Of a stretch of 64,000 bases of DNA, positions 1 to 11,895 are shown piece by piece. A model generated the notes under the pieces. It saw nothing but the letters and a program-made list of their open reading frames with translations, was not told where the DNA came from and did not search any database. This stretch comes from Epiperipatus broadwayi (lineage: Eukaryota; Animalia; Onychophora). The position numbers and the translations under genes were made by a program. How positions within the stretch are numbered: position 1 is the stretch's first letter; every line of letters starts with the position of its first letter. Location: NCBI GenBank assembly GCA_028023455.1, contig JAQFVV010000011.1, forward strand, positions 1,488,001 through 1,552,000, given 5' to 3'.

Positions 1-498
1 GATTCATATAGAACTACTTTCCTGCTATGGTCATGTTGATTTACTAATATATTTATCATATGAAAAAAATGATTATTTAAAGGGTCTGCATTTTAATTGC
101 AGTACTAATAACCTTGAACTAAAAAAAAAAAATCACATTTACAAGAATTTTAAAAATATATATTATTAAAAAAACTGTAAATGTAGTAAAAAAAATTAAA
201 TTTTTAAAATGAAAGCATGGATATTTGTGATAGTTTTCAAATTTATAAAAATACAATTTTCTAATGAGTGAATCCCATCTTTTTCATATCATTCAAAGTA
301 GAATTATTGGCTAAGGTAAAAAAAAAAATTCTGGAACTTAGAATAACCCATTTTCTTGTATGAAGGGTAATTGCAGACCACCTAATGATTATAGAACAAT
401 ATTTAAATAAATTTCATTATTACTTAAATAAACTCATATAATTTTAACTAAAGCTCTAATTTGTAGAAGCATCTCTTAAGTGTTAAATAAGGTAATAT

Positions 499-3257
499 GG
501 TTCTCATCTGATCTTTCGTGTCAGCCACGGGTGGCGTGATTTCTAGCTAAATTTCTAGAAATATGCCGTTTCCGCGACCGCACCCAAGCCTTTAAGCATT
601 CTTTCTAAAATAAATCCTAAAAAGATTGTTAACTCGGAGTTAAGTCTTGTTTCTAAGCTAAAAGGTAGAATATTAACTCGGAGTTTGTCTTCTTTCTACG
701 ATAAAATCTAGAAAGTGTTAACTCGGCTTAGTGGCTAATGGTGTGGCTTTTTCCGATGCTAAAAGCAGAGGAAAATGCCGTAGTTGTTTGTGTCACGCAC
801 TATATCATAATGCTGTGTTATGTATTTGATGTAACAATATCGTACGAGGGTGTGTTAATTTGATCGTGTCAAAAGTATTTAAATTTTCATTGGGGCCTTT
901 TTTTTAAAGATGAATTCATGTACTGTTACCTTTTAACAATTTAAACAGTGTCGTGATTGTTCCTCGTAAAGCTATAAGCCTCCTAAATTCTCAATTAGGG
1001 TGGGTTAGTGTACCAAAATTTTTAAACGATCACGCTTTGAGTCATGTTTTATCAAGAAATTTTCTGAGACCAAGAAGATGGCTAATTCAAACAATAGAAA
1101 AACTTGAAAAGAGATGGGAATTGCCAGACATGGAAGCCAGCGCTGGAATATTTCTTCAGCAAAAAAAAAAAAACATCCTACTGCTGAAAGAAAAGATTGG
1201 ATTGTGCAGCAAATATATGCAGATTTGAGGTCCAAAAACATCTTTCGACTTTCATTTGTAAGTCTCGTTGTGGCCGACGGAAATGTTCACTTCATAAAGG
1301 CAAGCTTGTTTGAGGGATTCCAAATGGCCTTCGTCAAATGTCAAAAATAAAAGAAGTAACTTCAATTTTTATTTTAAATGTACATCCCTTCTTCTCCCAA
1401 TAATTGTTGTCATCGGCAATCAAATGTCAAATAAAAGAAGTAACTAAAATTTTTATTTAAACATAGCCCAAAAAACACTTCTTCTCCCAATAATTGTTGT
1501 CGTCGGCAATCAGATGGTCAAATCAAAGGAACATCATTAATTATTCTTTAATCATATAGGGGGGGGACCCTCCCACTAATTGTTGTCGGCAATCAAATGT
1601 AAACCAATCAAAATAAGACCGTAAATTATTAGTTAAACATAACCCAAATTACTATTTGAACATACACCGAAAAAGACCTGCTCTTGTCAATCAAAATTAA
1701 AGAAACAACAACTATTATTATCCCATTGTCAAACCGAATATTATTTGGGAAAATGCAAATAATTTATAAATGAAAAAAAAAGAAAGTCAAATCGGTCGTC
1801 ACTTAAATTTTTGATTTAAACATACACACAAACAAAAAATAAAATGCAAAACCCTTTCTCCCAATAATTGTTGTCGGCAATCAAATGTCAAAAATAAAAG
1901 TAATGTACAATTATTCTTTAATCGTACACACAAACACCCCTCCCACGAATTGTTGTCGGCAATCAAATGTAAAGTAGTAAAAGTAAGGTAAACCAATTAT
2001 TTTTTAAACGTAACCCAAATTACTATTTGAACATATACCGAAAAAGACCCGCTCTTGTCAATAAAAATGAAAGAAACAACAACTATTATTGTCCCACTGT
2101 CAAAAAATATTAGGTTTCGTGGAAACCAAAACCATAATTTATAAACGAAAAAAAAAAAAGAAAGTAAAATCGGTTGTCAATCAAATGTAACCGATAAAAG
2201 TAACTTCAATTTTGATTTGAACATACACAAAAAAACAAACCCTTTCTCCCAATAATTGTTGTTAGCAATCAAATGTAAAATAAAAGGAAGGTAAATTAGT
2301 ATTTAATCACCACCCCAAAAGACCCACCCCTCTCACTAATTATTGTCAGCAATCAAATGTACACCACCACTAAAAGTAACATAAACTACTATTCTTTAAA
2401 CGGTTAACCCACCCCTTCTCCCAATAATTGTTGTCTACAATCGTACACACAAAAAAACACCGCTTCTCCCAATAATTAGTGTCGGCAATCAAATGTAAAC
2501 CAATCAAAGTAAGACCGTAACTTATTATTTAAACGTAACCCAAATTACTATTTGAACCTACACCGAAAAACACCCTCTTGTCAATAAAAATTAAACAAAC
2601 AACAACTATTATTGTCCCATTGTCAAAAATATTTATTTGTAGAACCAAAACCATAATTTATAAACGAAAGGAAGTCAAATCGGTTGTCAATCAAATGTAA
2701 ACCGATAAAAGTAACGGTTTTAATTTTTATTTAAACATACACACACACACACAGACCCCCCCCACTTCTCCCAATAATTGTTGTTGGCAATCAAATGTAA
2801 ACCTATAAAAGTAACGTAAATTATTATTTCATCATACACAAAAACACCCCTTCCACTAATTGTTGTCGGCAATCAAATGGAAACCTATCAAAGTAACGTC
2901 AATTATTATTTAAAGATCCATCCAAAAAAAACCCGTTCTCTCTTAAATTTTGGCAATCCAATTTTACAAAAACAGTAATACTATTTAAAAAAAAAACACA
3001 AATTACTATTTGAACACACACCAAAAAGGACCCTCTTGTCAATAAAAATTAAAAAAAAAAACAACTATTATTATCCCATTGTCAAAAATATTATTTGGGA
3101 AAAATAATTCAGAAATGAAAGAAAGAAAACTTTGTAAACAAACCAAAAAAAAAAAGGCAATATTAATAGAGAATCGCTAGCCCGGGACGTTATATTAATG
3201 TGTTTTTGGTTAGAAATCATGCCACCCACGGCTGACACAAAGGATCAGATGAGAAAC
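499..3257. mobile_element. Non-autonomous DNA transposon, ~55-80 bp imperfect TIRs, 8-bp TSD (Merlin- or Mutator-like)
   Basis: Left end GGTTCTCATCTGATCTTTCGTGTCAGCCACGGGTGGCGTGATTTCTAG vs reverse complement of right end GTTTCTCATCTGATCCTTTGTGTCAGCCGTGGGTGGCATGATTTCTAA; identical 8-bp flanks GGTAATAT at 491-498 and 3258-3265. No recognisable transposase inside. Superfamily inferred only from G/GG termini plus 8-bp TSD. Confidence 0.85.
1380..3110 (+). repeat. Higher-order tandem repeat inside the 499-3257 element
   Basis: About 12 copies of CTTCTCCCAATAATTGTTGTCGGCAATCAAATGT interleaved with 4 copies of TTACTATTTGAACATACACCGAAAAAGAC...ACTATTATT(A/G)TCCCATTGTCAAA (near 1650, 2020, 2545, 3003). 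Confidence 0.9.
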
Positions 3258-6065
3258 GGTAATATTAAAAAAGTTTATATATGTACTTTAAAATAATTTA
3301 CTACATCAAGGTATTTGGTAAATAATATTAGTTTTTATTTACACTAACTACTAATCCTTATGTTTAAATCCAAATATTACTTGAAAAATGTAAGCTAATA
3401 TGTGAAATATATTTAAAATGACTATTTACAAGTTTTTTAAATATTTAATTTTAAAATAATTTTTAAAAAAAGTTATGTATAGTAATTATAAAATTTGTTT
3501 AAAATGAAAAATATTGTACTATAAAAACTATATATAAAAAAATAATATTCATATATGTAATATTTTTATATATAAATTCCTCAATCCATAAAGCTTAATA
3601 ATTGAATTTAATAACAACTATACACTTAACATATATATATATATAAATAACAGAAACTATTACAGAAATAAATTACTGGAAACATATACCATATTAGCAT
3701 TATATTTTTGTTCTTAAGAAGCACAGAAATAAAAATATGTATTAATGCCATTTTTTATTTATTACAGATAGAAAATAGCTAGGAAGAAGGTAAAAGCATA
3801 TTACAATGAAGTTGATATCCATTTCATAAAGCATATAGGAAAAAGTTTACTTGATGCTCCTTAATTAGCCAGAGTAGGAGCCTTACAAGTTGGTTATATG
3901 TTCAACAATTATAAAAGCTATTTAACAATTATATATGTTATATAAAGAGCTTGAAAATAAGCTCTTAACAAGCTTTGTAGAATATCCCTAACCCCAGACC
4001 AGTTTCTGCTACTGGCTTCCTCAGTTTATATAACATTTGTAATACAAGCTTGTTTAATAAATTAGGTCATGTGATAACTGACCTGATTTTTTTTTTTGTA
4101 ATTTTAACAATTATGTATTTTTAAACAACAAATAGTACAATTTTTTATCAATTTAAACATAACTTTTTTTTTCAGAATTGAGTGTATAGTTTTCATATTT
4201 AAAATAATTTTTAAAAAAAATATATTTTCTAATAATAAACAAAGAAAATATATACCATCAATCCTTTTTTTTTACTTAAAATTTCCTTTCACGAAAGTTT
4301 TGACCAGTATATTCTAAGGCTTATAAAAGTAATAATAAAAGTTCAATGGTTATAACAGTGGGTCAAAATTTACCACACTGTATTTAATATTCTTAATACA
4401 GATTTTTTCCATTTAGAATAGTGGTAAAATTAGTAAATTGAAGAACGGAGAGCTTTATAAATTAATCCTCAAATGAAAAAAAAAGTTTCTTCACTTAAAA
4501 AGAAACTACTACTCAACTGTCACTTTGGTATTCAAATGTTATTTGATTCTCTAAACAAATGATTACACAATGCTTAAGGATCAACTAAGACCAGTTAATT
4601 GCTTGGGATAAAAATTCATAAAAAAAAAAGTTCCCTATTCCTCAGTGCTAAATTCATCTTCTTTGAACAATAACGATTTAGTAAATTATATACATATTAA
4701 TAAGAAATAGGTAGACTGCATTTCAGTTTCATATTGTACCACTATTTTCATCATCAGATAAATGACTTCCTAAATAATCCCAAGAATAGTTTTCTTCACT
4801 CTATTCTAAAAGCCTTGTATTGTAAGCTTGATTAATCAATAGATACCAGATGGTACATTGCTATAACACCCCCAATCTCCAGACCAATTTCTGGATTTTG
4901 CCTTTATCAATGAATACTAGGATTCAAAGCTGGAACGAATGCATTTATGCACTCACCAACCGTATTTTATATCTTCACCTTATTCAAACCAATAACCTAA
5001 ATTTTTTTTTTTAAAAAAAGTCTAATTTTGAACTCATGCTAACTCACTTGTATCCTTATATAGATCTGACATCAAATCAATTTCTATAAAATTTTAGAGA
5101 CTTTAATTTTATGCCTTGTGTAGATCACAACAACGCTTTGACTATGAACCAATAATAATACATGACTTTCTTTTGCTTACTCACATGCTTCCAAGAACAG
5201 TTCTCCTCACTCTACAGTATTCAATGAATACTTAATGATATAGTATTATATTCAATGAACACTTAATGATATAGTGTTATAACATATCTATGTCTGCCTT
5301 TGAATTCTAATCTTCACTGGTTATAACAAAAACTAGAGATGGTCTGAAGATAGGAGTATTACATCACTATACTATCAATATTCTTTCTTAAATTTATAGT
5401 GGATAACTCTAGGTGAGGGTAAAGAGAAGTGTAAGCATATGAGAAAGTCATCAAATATTGTTTGTTTTCCTGAATAATTACAAGTTCTAACTTATCCATA
5501 AATGTCTTCTTAACTGCCATTCCCTATTATAATTATTGCCTTAGACTCAGATGTATTTCTTTTATTTCTTTTCATCCTGAATGCAAGTATATTCATTCCA
5601 AAGAATATTCTGAGACTGAATCATTATTGTAAACAATAAGAAAATACATGATCACAATCAGTACCGATTTACTACTGTCCTCTATTTAGGTTTTCATCAT
5701 CATCAGATGGCTGAATAAATACAAAATGACCCATTTTATTCTTACTTGTTATCTGTTCATATTCTATTTTGTTCTTTTATTTGAGTTTTATATATTAATA
5801 AAAATAAGAGCTTTTAATTTTCATACATTATTTTTTCCATATATATATAATTAAAAGGTCATAATTCTCCTCTATAAATTACTTTAATGCATTTTTTCTC
5901 CGATTCATTTTTTTTTACTTTTGCAAAATTGTTTATTAGAATGTTTTTATACATTGGGCCAATTCTCAATAATTTTCTGCAGAAAATTCTTTCAAATACT
6001 AATAATCCCTACCTCAACAAACAGACTAACAAGACAAAAACACCATAGAATAAATACCCCAAACA

Positions 6066-6379
6066 GTCTATAAAATCACATGCTGCCAAGCTGGATGCAA
6101 AACTGTCTATTATGGAGAATCACACGCAGGTCTCACTACAAGGATATCACAACACCAATACCTATACAAAAGAGCCAGAAGCAATCCAAAATACCGATAC
6201 ATATTCCTTAAACATCAAAATACATTTGGTCATGCATTTGACCCATAGCAGCTAGCATCACATGTATTGAAAGAAACAATGCCATGTGTAAGATTAAAGA
6301 AGTGCAGCACATCACCAAATACTCCAACTTCATTAACAAAAAGCCTCCTCTTGAAAAAGTGGACTATTTAATTCACTGA
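6066..6379 (+). pseudogene. Penelope-like element GIY-YIG endonuclease remnant
   Basis: Hand translation from 6066: VYKITCCQAGCKTVYYGESHAGLTTRISQHQYLYKRARSNPKYRYIFLKHQNTFGHAFDP* and, after a frameshift, KIKEVQHITKYSNFINKKPPLEKVDYLIH*. Matches the PLE pattern VYxIxC..C...Y(I)GE....L..R..(E/Q)H ... H.FD ... KEA..I....IN. Not in the ORF track (no start codon, internal stop). Confidence 0.85.
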
Positions 6380-6539
6380 ACTCATTTGAATAAATTTAAT
6401 TAAACTTACACTACATTCACATACATACCATCTGACTACCATTCGATGCTATAAATATGATAACATCAGGGTATCGAAAGCACTAAGCTCAATTTAAAAT
6501 TCTGTAAATACTAAGCTTTTCTTATCATAGTGTCCCAGC

Positions 6540-7800
6540 ACTAGAAAGTCAATTTAAAATTCTTTTTGCATAATCTTTTATTATCGAACATATTTCATGA
6601 ATAAGTGTTTGGTTTGTAATCTGATATCTTTGATTTCCAAATCCTATGCATAGTTTGTGAACATATACATGTTCTGCCCTGTATATTTTAGTGCAGTAGT
6701 TAAATAGAATAATGAACTTTAAAGAACAAGATCCATGGAGCTCAACCTTGTTACTTACGATGTTCAAATTTCATACAAACTCTTGAGCAACAAACTATAC
6801 TTATTATGTACTCGTTCTGGCTATTGCTAATTTTGTTTCCTTTTGCCAGTATAAATTGCTAGAGATATTTGGTACAGTAATACAGTGGATACTCTGGTAC
6901 TCAAGGTCTATGGATTGCAATCCAACTCTGTAGTTTCACCAATTCCAGCATTCAAACTTATAAATTCCTAAGCAATAAAACCTTTCAATTATCATTGCTA
7001 CTAATGATATAATTTCCAGAATATAAAAAACTGTTTACTATGTCTAGTTAAGTTTCAACAATTTTGATTTCTATCATTTTCTTTATCTCAACAACTATTG
7101 TTGTTCTGACTGTGTTATCTATAATCTACATTCTTCTTTAGAATCTTTAAGAGTTAGATATATCTATCTTCATCTGAATGAAAGTTTATTGACTACAAAG
7201 AATCTTCTGACATAAATTACTATGACAAGTAATAACTACAACATTTATTTCTTTTCTTTATAGATTTCTACATTGTCTGACTATCTTAAATTATTTTATT
7301 TTTAATCTACACACTGATGTTCTGTTGTCCTTGAATGTGTGATGATGAAATTCGGTGAAACTCAATCTACTTATTTAGTGCTTTTTTAAATTTCCATAGC
7401 TTTCAATTTCTCCATATATTCCCATGGCTGATTTCAGTCGATGTTGAAAAAAACCTCAAATCAATGAAAGCATAAATATAGGATTTCTTTTTTCTTTCTT
7501 CTTTTGCTGCAATAAAATGAAATGATAATATCTACTGCATTATACTTTCTACTTTTTTAAAATCCAGCTTGTTCATCAAGTGTTATTCTATCTAAGTTTA
7601 TTCTTTTATGACATTTATCTGTTTCTATTCTGACGGCCTTCTTTATCTTACTACACTTTAACTTTATCTTGTTATTCTGCTGCCTTTGAATAATCTCTTC
7701 TGCCTTTCATCTTTCCCTTTTCCTATATTGGTTTTAATGTTTAATAAAATCATCATTATAGCATATGGATTTCAAGATTTTCTATGAGAAAAGGCAGCCT
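6540..7800 (-). pseudogene. Heavily decayed non-LTR retrotransposon reverse transcriptase
   Basis: Minus-strand translation near 7577-7390 gives DEQAGF*KSR...DYI...K...YIYAFIDL...IW, the EQAGFR / F(I/V)DxxKAFD region of LINE RTs; many stops. Boundaries approximate. Confidence 0.6.
6880..6990 (+). repeat. Short dispersed repeat family (CTCAAGGTCCATGGATT...CCTAAGCAATAAA), unclassified SINE-like
   Basis: Related segments at ~8262-8300(-), 40060-40235, 41370-41460(-), 42260-42315, 50130-50180, 55425-55530; most end in AAGCAATAAA. Confidence 0.55.
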
Positions 7801-8050
7801 TTAATTTGCTAGTTTTATTACTTTCTTTTTATAGCTTGGATAAGACATAAATATGTATTTTATTACTTTAGAGCATTAAAAAATGGTGGATAAAAATATT
7901 TTGATTTACTTTTCTATGATGCATATTTTCTGTTCAACATAGGACTAGCATCGGTACTGTAGATTCAAATTTCTTTCATCTAAGAGGTAAAAAAAATGCC
8001 ATTAATATTCAACAAATCATTTAATTGTGCACAATTCTGTGCTAAAAATA

Positions 8051-8155
8051 GTCAAGCGTTGGTGGCCGAGTGGTCAGCACAGCTGCCTTACAAGGAGTTG
8101 TCCCGGGTTTGCGGGTTCGCTTCCTGGCCGATGCTTTGACACATGAAAAAAAAAA
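8051..8155 (+). mobile_element. tRNA-Gly-derived SINE, copy 1
   Basis: GTCAAGCGTTGGTGGCCGAGTGGTCAGCACAGCTGCCTTACAAG...GGTTCGCTTCCTGGCCGATGCTTTGACACATG(A)n; A and B boxes; near-TSD TGCTAAAA(A)TA on both sides. Confidence 0.85.
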
Positions 8156-8720
8156 TTGCTAAAATAATAACAAGCAGATTATAGATTTTTAATCAATAAT
8201 AATCAAATGGTTTGTTGTTAAGGAGTTCATAAAATGTTTGAGCACAGGAAATGATAAAAACTTGGTCACAATCCATAAACTTTGACCTCCAGTACTCATC
8301 AACCAATCATTGCACTAAACGATGCAGAAAAATAATAAAAACGTAGTACCAATTCCGTCATACTTATCTAACTCCATATACATTTACAAGTACATATATT
8401 TAAAACAATTCACAATTTCATTTGATATCCATATCTGAGTTATATAATAAATAAACGAATTTGTTAATCTGTTTATTAATAATTTAAGTTAATAATATTC
8501 TTTAATGTTTCTTTTTTTATTTTTTAAAGAATGTTCAAATAAAAGTAAAGTTTGATTACAGACGATGTGTAATTTAAGAATATTTCAGCAAAACAGATTA
8601 AATGTCAAGCAAAATTGAGATAATCTTACAGTGCACTAAGATCTTGTTTCATGGATTAAATTATTGTACAAATTTTTTTACTGAATTATATAAATGGTAT
8701 GAAAATTAGTATTAGCAACA

Positions 8721-11110
8721 TTTTTTTTTTTTTTATTAAGGAAAAAAAAATGCAGGTGACTGATCACCCACTACATAATGTAAATACATTTGTTTAAAAG
8801 GAATTTTTAGATCATACTACAGTCAATAACCCTAGTCTTCTCCATTGATTCATAAGAGTCTTTGAATTGCCAAGTTCTTTAATTCACAGATCCTTAAAAC
8901 TTCATCTATGTTGCCATGTCTTTGTATAAACCGCATTTATGGAATTCATACTTCAATCCGTTTCTGAATTTCTATTGCTTTCCTGTTCAGAGTTTTCTTC
9001 AAAATTTTCCTCTTGTGAGCTTATTTCTTCATCATCTGTGATTTCTTCTGTTTCATCAGTACCCACAGGACTAGTACTAATTTGTTGCTGCATTTCTTTG
9101 GATATCCATCTACTTCCTCGCTTCCAGAACTGTCACTATGAGCCTCATCACTCCATTGCTCTTCTACATTATCAAGTTCTTCGACTGGATTATCAGACTT
9201 TTCTATGATACCTTGCACTACTTCACCTTGCCTGCTTCCAAACCTGTCACTACAAGCCTCATCATTCCATTGCTCTTCTATGTTATTGATTTTTTCCTCT
9301 GGATTATCTGCCTCTTCTGAAATTATCTGCCCTACTTCACTGTTGCTACATACATGCCCCTTCCAAAAAAGACATGCCCCTTTAGATTCAACAATACATT
9401 TGAAGATCATGAGATGAGCTAAATTATCACGTTCCATTACCTCTGAATCATTGACTATCTGATCTTCTGATTCAGTTTCCATCTCATCCCCTGACTCCTG
9501 TTAGAGCAAACTTCTTCTGTCTTCTTTTCCTTTTTCTCTTTCTCCTTGAGAGACCCTCAGTTTTCTTTTCTTGCTCACCACACAGCTCGATGTTTGAGCC
9601 CACAACACTATGCTCATCAGTTTGTGAGCCAGAGCCATTCTTATTTTTCCTCTTGATACTTGCACCTTGTGTCATTTTACCCATTTGAGTTGAACCATTC
9701 TCACTTAGTTCTGTATCACTGAACATGTTAGCTTCTTTTAATTGACCTATTTCTTCTAATGTGCCTTCAGATTGTATTGATTTGGAGTTGGTCAGTTCTG
9801 CCTGTGCTGATTGTTTCTTTATCTCGTTGGCTGTATCTCTAGCTTCACCATCCCATCTTCAAATCTACTGTGCAAGGTTTCTTGATTTTCTTTATAATGT
9901 AGCTTATTTTTTTTCACTTTATCTTTTAAATGAGATTCTTGTGATTTTAGTTCTAATTCTTGATATATAAGTGAAGGATTGCTTGATGTTATTGTACATT
10001 TGTGGAATCCATTATAGCTTTCCCCACATTCAGTGCATACTCTTTTTGGACAATGCCCTAATTAAATGGACAGTGTCTCCACATCCATAACAGTGTGGTT
10101 GAATTCCTCAAATTACTATGTATATTGGCTTTTATTCTGCTCAAAAATAGATGGTATATCCAGTGGACTGATACCTTTAGTCAGCCTCATTGTGAATATT
10201 GCGTTATTGGATGGCAGCTGAATTCCTGCTCTTCTTTCCATTAGGAAAGTGAACCATTCAATAGAGCCAAACTGTACTAATAGACCCTGCAATTCATCTT
10301 TTCCAAATGCCACATGACAATTCCGCACCATACCTGTTATCAATCTTGGTCTTTCCAGGTCAATTTTCACTAAATATTTTCCATCTAGAAACATTTGAGA
10401 TCTTTTGAATCTTTCTTTGGCTAAAATGTTCTCAAATTCTAGTGTGACATATTTTTTGTTAGGGTGATAGTAGACCCTTCTTATTGAATCAATGATATTT
10501 AAGTCCTTGATTAAGACAAATAGCTCATTTATTGGAAATATGAAAAGTTCACATTTTGTATTCATTGTGCTCAATGTTAAAGTATACTGATTCCGGAAGC
10601 TAAAAAAGGAATTAAACAATTTCTGAGGAATTCTATTATTAAATTCATCATTGACTGATTGAAAGTCTTCTGGAATTAAATTATTTCTACCCTGATTAGA
10701 GTTGTTTGTACTTGACTGAACGTTATGATATATTAAGCCATTCTCAAATTTATTCTCATGGGAGATGCCAGCATGACTAGTTTTCCCATACTTTGCATTG
10801 TTCAGATTGTTTTCATGACCTCTGACCACTAGCTCTAGCTTTTTCTCAAGGCCCATAACCCCCTGCTCCATTTAAAAGCCATTGGCATATGGGGTTTTGA
10901 AACCTTGCCATTTGGAAGTCTTAGTATCCTTTTTTAACTTTTCTGCAAACGTTGGAAGTGTTAGTTCTGCATTATTGGTCTCACCAGCAGGTTCAACTGG
11001 ATACTTTTGGGCTTCTGTAACTTTTTTCCTATTTTTTTCCAAGCTTTGGCTTTTAATTGTCATGGTTTTGTCTAGATAATGACTTTGTGTACTTTTCCTG
11101 AGGTACTACA
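8721..11110 (-). mobile_element. ORF1-only (HAL1-like) non-autonomous L1/Tx1-related retroelement
   Basis: Minus-strand ORF1 pieces 11063-10872, 10871-10116, CCHC knuckles 10092-9996 (CYGCGDTVHLIRHC...CTECGESYNGFHKC after frameshift repair), basic/acidic tail 9726-8950, then short 3' UTR, AATAAA and A14 tail (T run 8721-8734). No endonuclease or RT between ORF1 and the tail. No clear TSD; 5' end approximate. Confidence 0.75.
9121..9317 (-). repeat. 114-bp (38-codon) internal tandem duplication in the ORF1 acidic tail
   Basis: EEADNPEEKINNIEEQWNDEACSDRFGS vs EKSDNPVEELDNVEEQWSDEAHSDSSGS; nucleotide copies start at 9121 and 9235. Confidence 0.85.
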
Positions 11111-11323
11111 ACTTTTGCTTAGCACTATAAGTTTAGAATTTTATCAATAATTCCGAGACATATTAATTAATGATTTTTATATTCACTTGATTTTATTTGT
11201 ACATTTTGAAACTCATATTTGTAAAAAAAAATTAACACCCCCCCCCCTTTTTTTTATAGCTCTGATGACGATTAAAGATGAATCAAAACTGTAAAAAAAC
11301 AAAAAACAAATATAAAAACATTG

Positions 11324-11418
11324 GAGTCAAGCGTTGTTGGCCTAGCGGTTAGCATATCTGCCTTCCAAGCAGCTGGCCCGGGTTCGCTTCCCGGTCAACG
11401 CTTTGACATATATATAAA
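11324..11418 (+). mobile_element. tRNA-Gly-derived SINE, copy 2 (closest to tRNA-Gly TCC)
   Basis: 11331-11402 follows the eukaryotic tRNA-Gly(TCC) sequence (anticodon TCC at 11364-11366) with stem mismatches; (TA)n/A tail; 12-bp TSD ATAAAAACATTG at 11312-11323 and 11419-11430. Confidence 0.85.
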
Positions 11419-11895
11419 ATAAAAACATTGCATTCACGTATATATAAAGTGATTTTTTTTTTTAATCATATAACAGGCTGAGAAATATATTTAAGTTAAA
11501 ATTAATCTGCTGTATCTTTAGTAGTAAAAAAAATGATAAAATGAGTTTATTATTGAAATGTATTTACTTTTAAAAAAGTATATAGATACTAACTGGTAGT
11601 GTTTTTGACAACTTTACACATTCAGATAGGCAGTAGTAAATTTGTTACGGTAATTTACTAAAGCCACGTGAAATATTTGAATCTCAGCCCTTTATATCAT
11701 ACATATGTAAATTTTATATGTGACATTAAATTATAAGATAGATGTAAACAAGAACAGTAATGATTATCTTGTTACAATTTGTATTTAGGGTTATTTAAAC
11801 AATAGTATGTGTTTTTTATTGTTCAAGATGTGTATTAATCTCTTACTAAGTTAATATCTTTGAAATAATATGAACCCAGTGTGAATGATTATCTT

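Noticed and set aside
953-1350. Short ORFs inside the 499-3257 element as a transposase
   Set aside because: No DDE or DNA-binding motif recognised; no support for a protein call.
1380-3110. Regularly spaced ~34-bp repeats resembling a CRISPR array
   Set aside because: The intervening sequences are themselves repeated and variable in length, repeats are degenerate, there are no cas genes, and the array lies within a eukaryotic TIR element.
4700-4970. Minus-strand GGVIAMY-like fragment suggestive of a LINE endonuclease
   Set aside because: Only one weak motif among many stops, and it lies on the wrong side of the RT remnant at 6540-7800.
8939-9417. Plus-strand Ser/Leu-rich ORFs (8939-9208, 9138-9320, 9205-9417)
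   Set aside because: Antisense shadows of the Glu/Asp/Lys-rich ORF1 tail on the minus strand.
9575-9625. Minus-strand CTGATGAGC...GCTCAAAC as a hammerhead
   Set aside because: No GAAA in register, no stem I or III, and it lies within ORF1 coding sequence.
11250-11300. CTGATGAC-GATT/AATC-AAAAC hammerhead-like motif (similar one at ~55923)
   Set aside because: G12 absent and no stem I or valid NUH could be drawn; may be a decayed relic but is not supportable by eye.
11331-11402. Functional tRNA-Gly(TCC) gene
   Set aside because: Mismatches in the acceptor and anticodon stems, T loop TTCGCTT, no oligo-T terminator, and a flanking TSD and shared tail identify it as a SINE copy.
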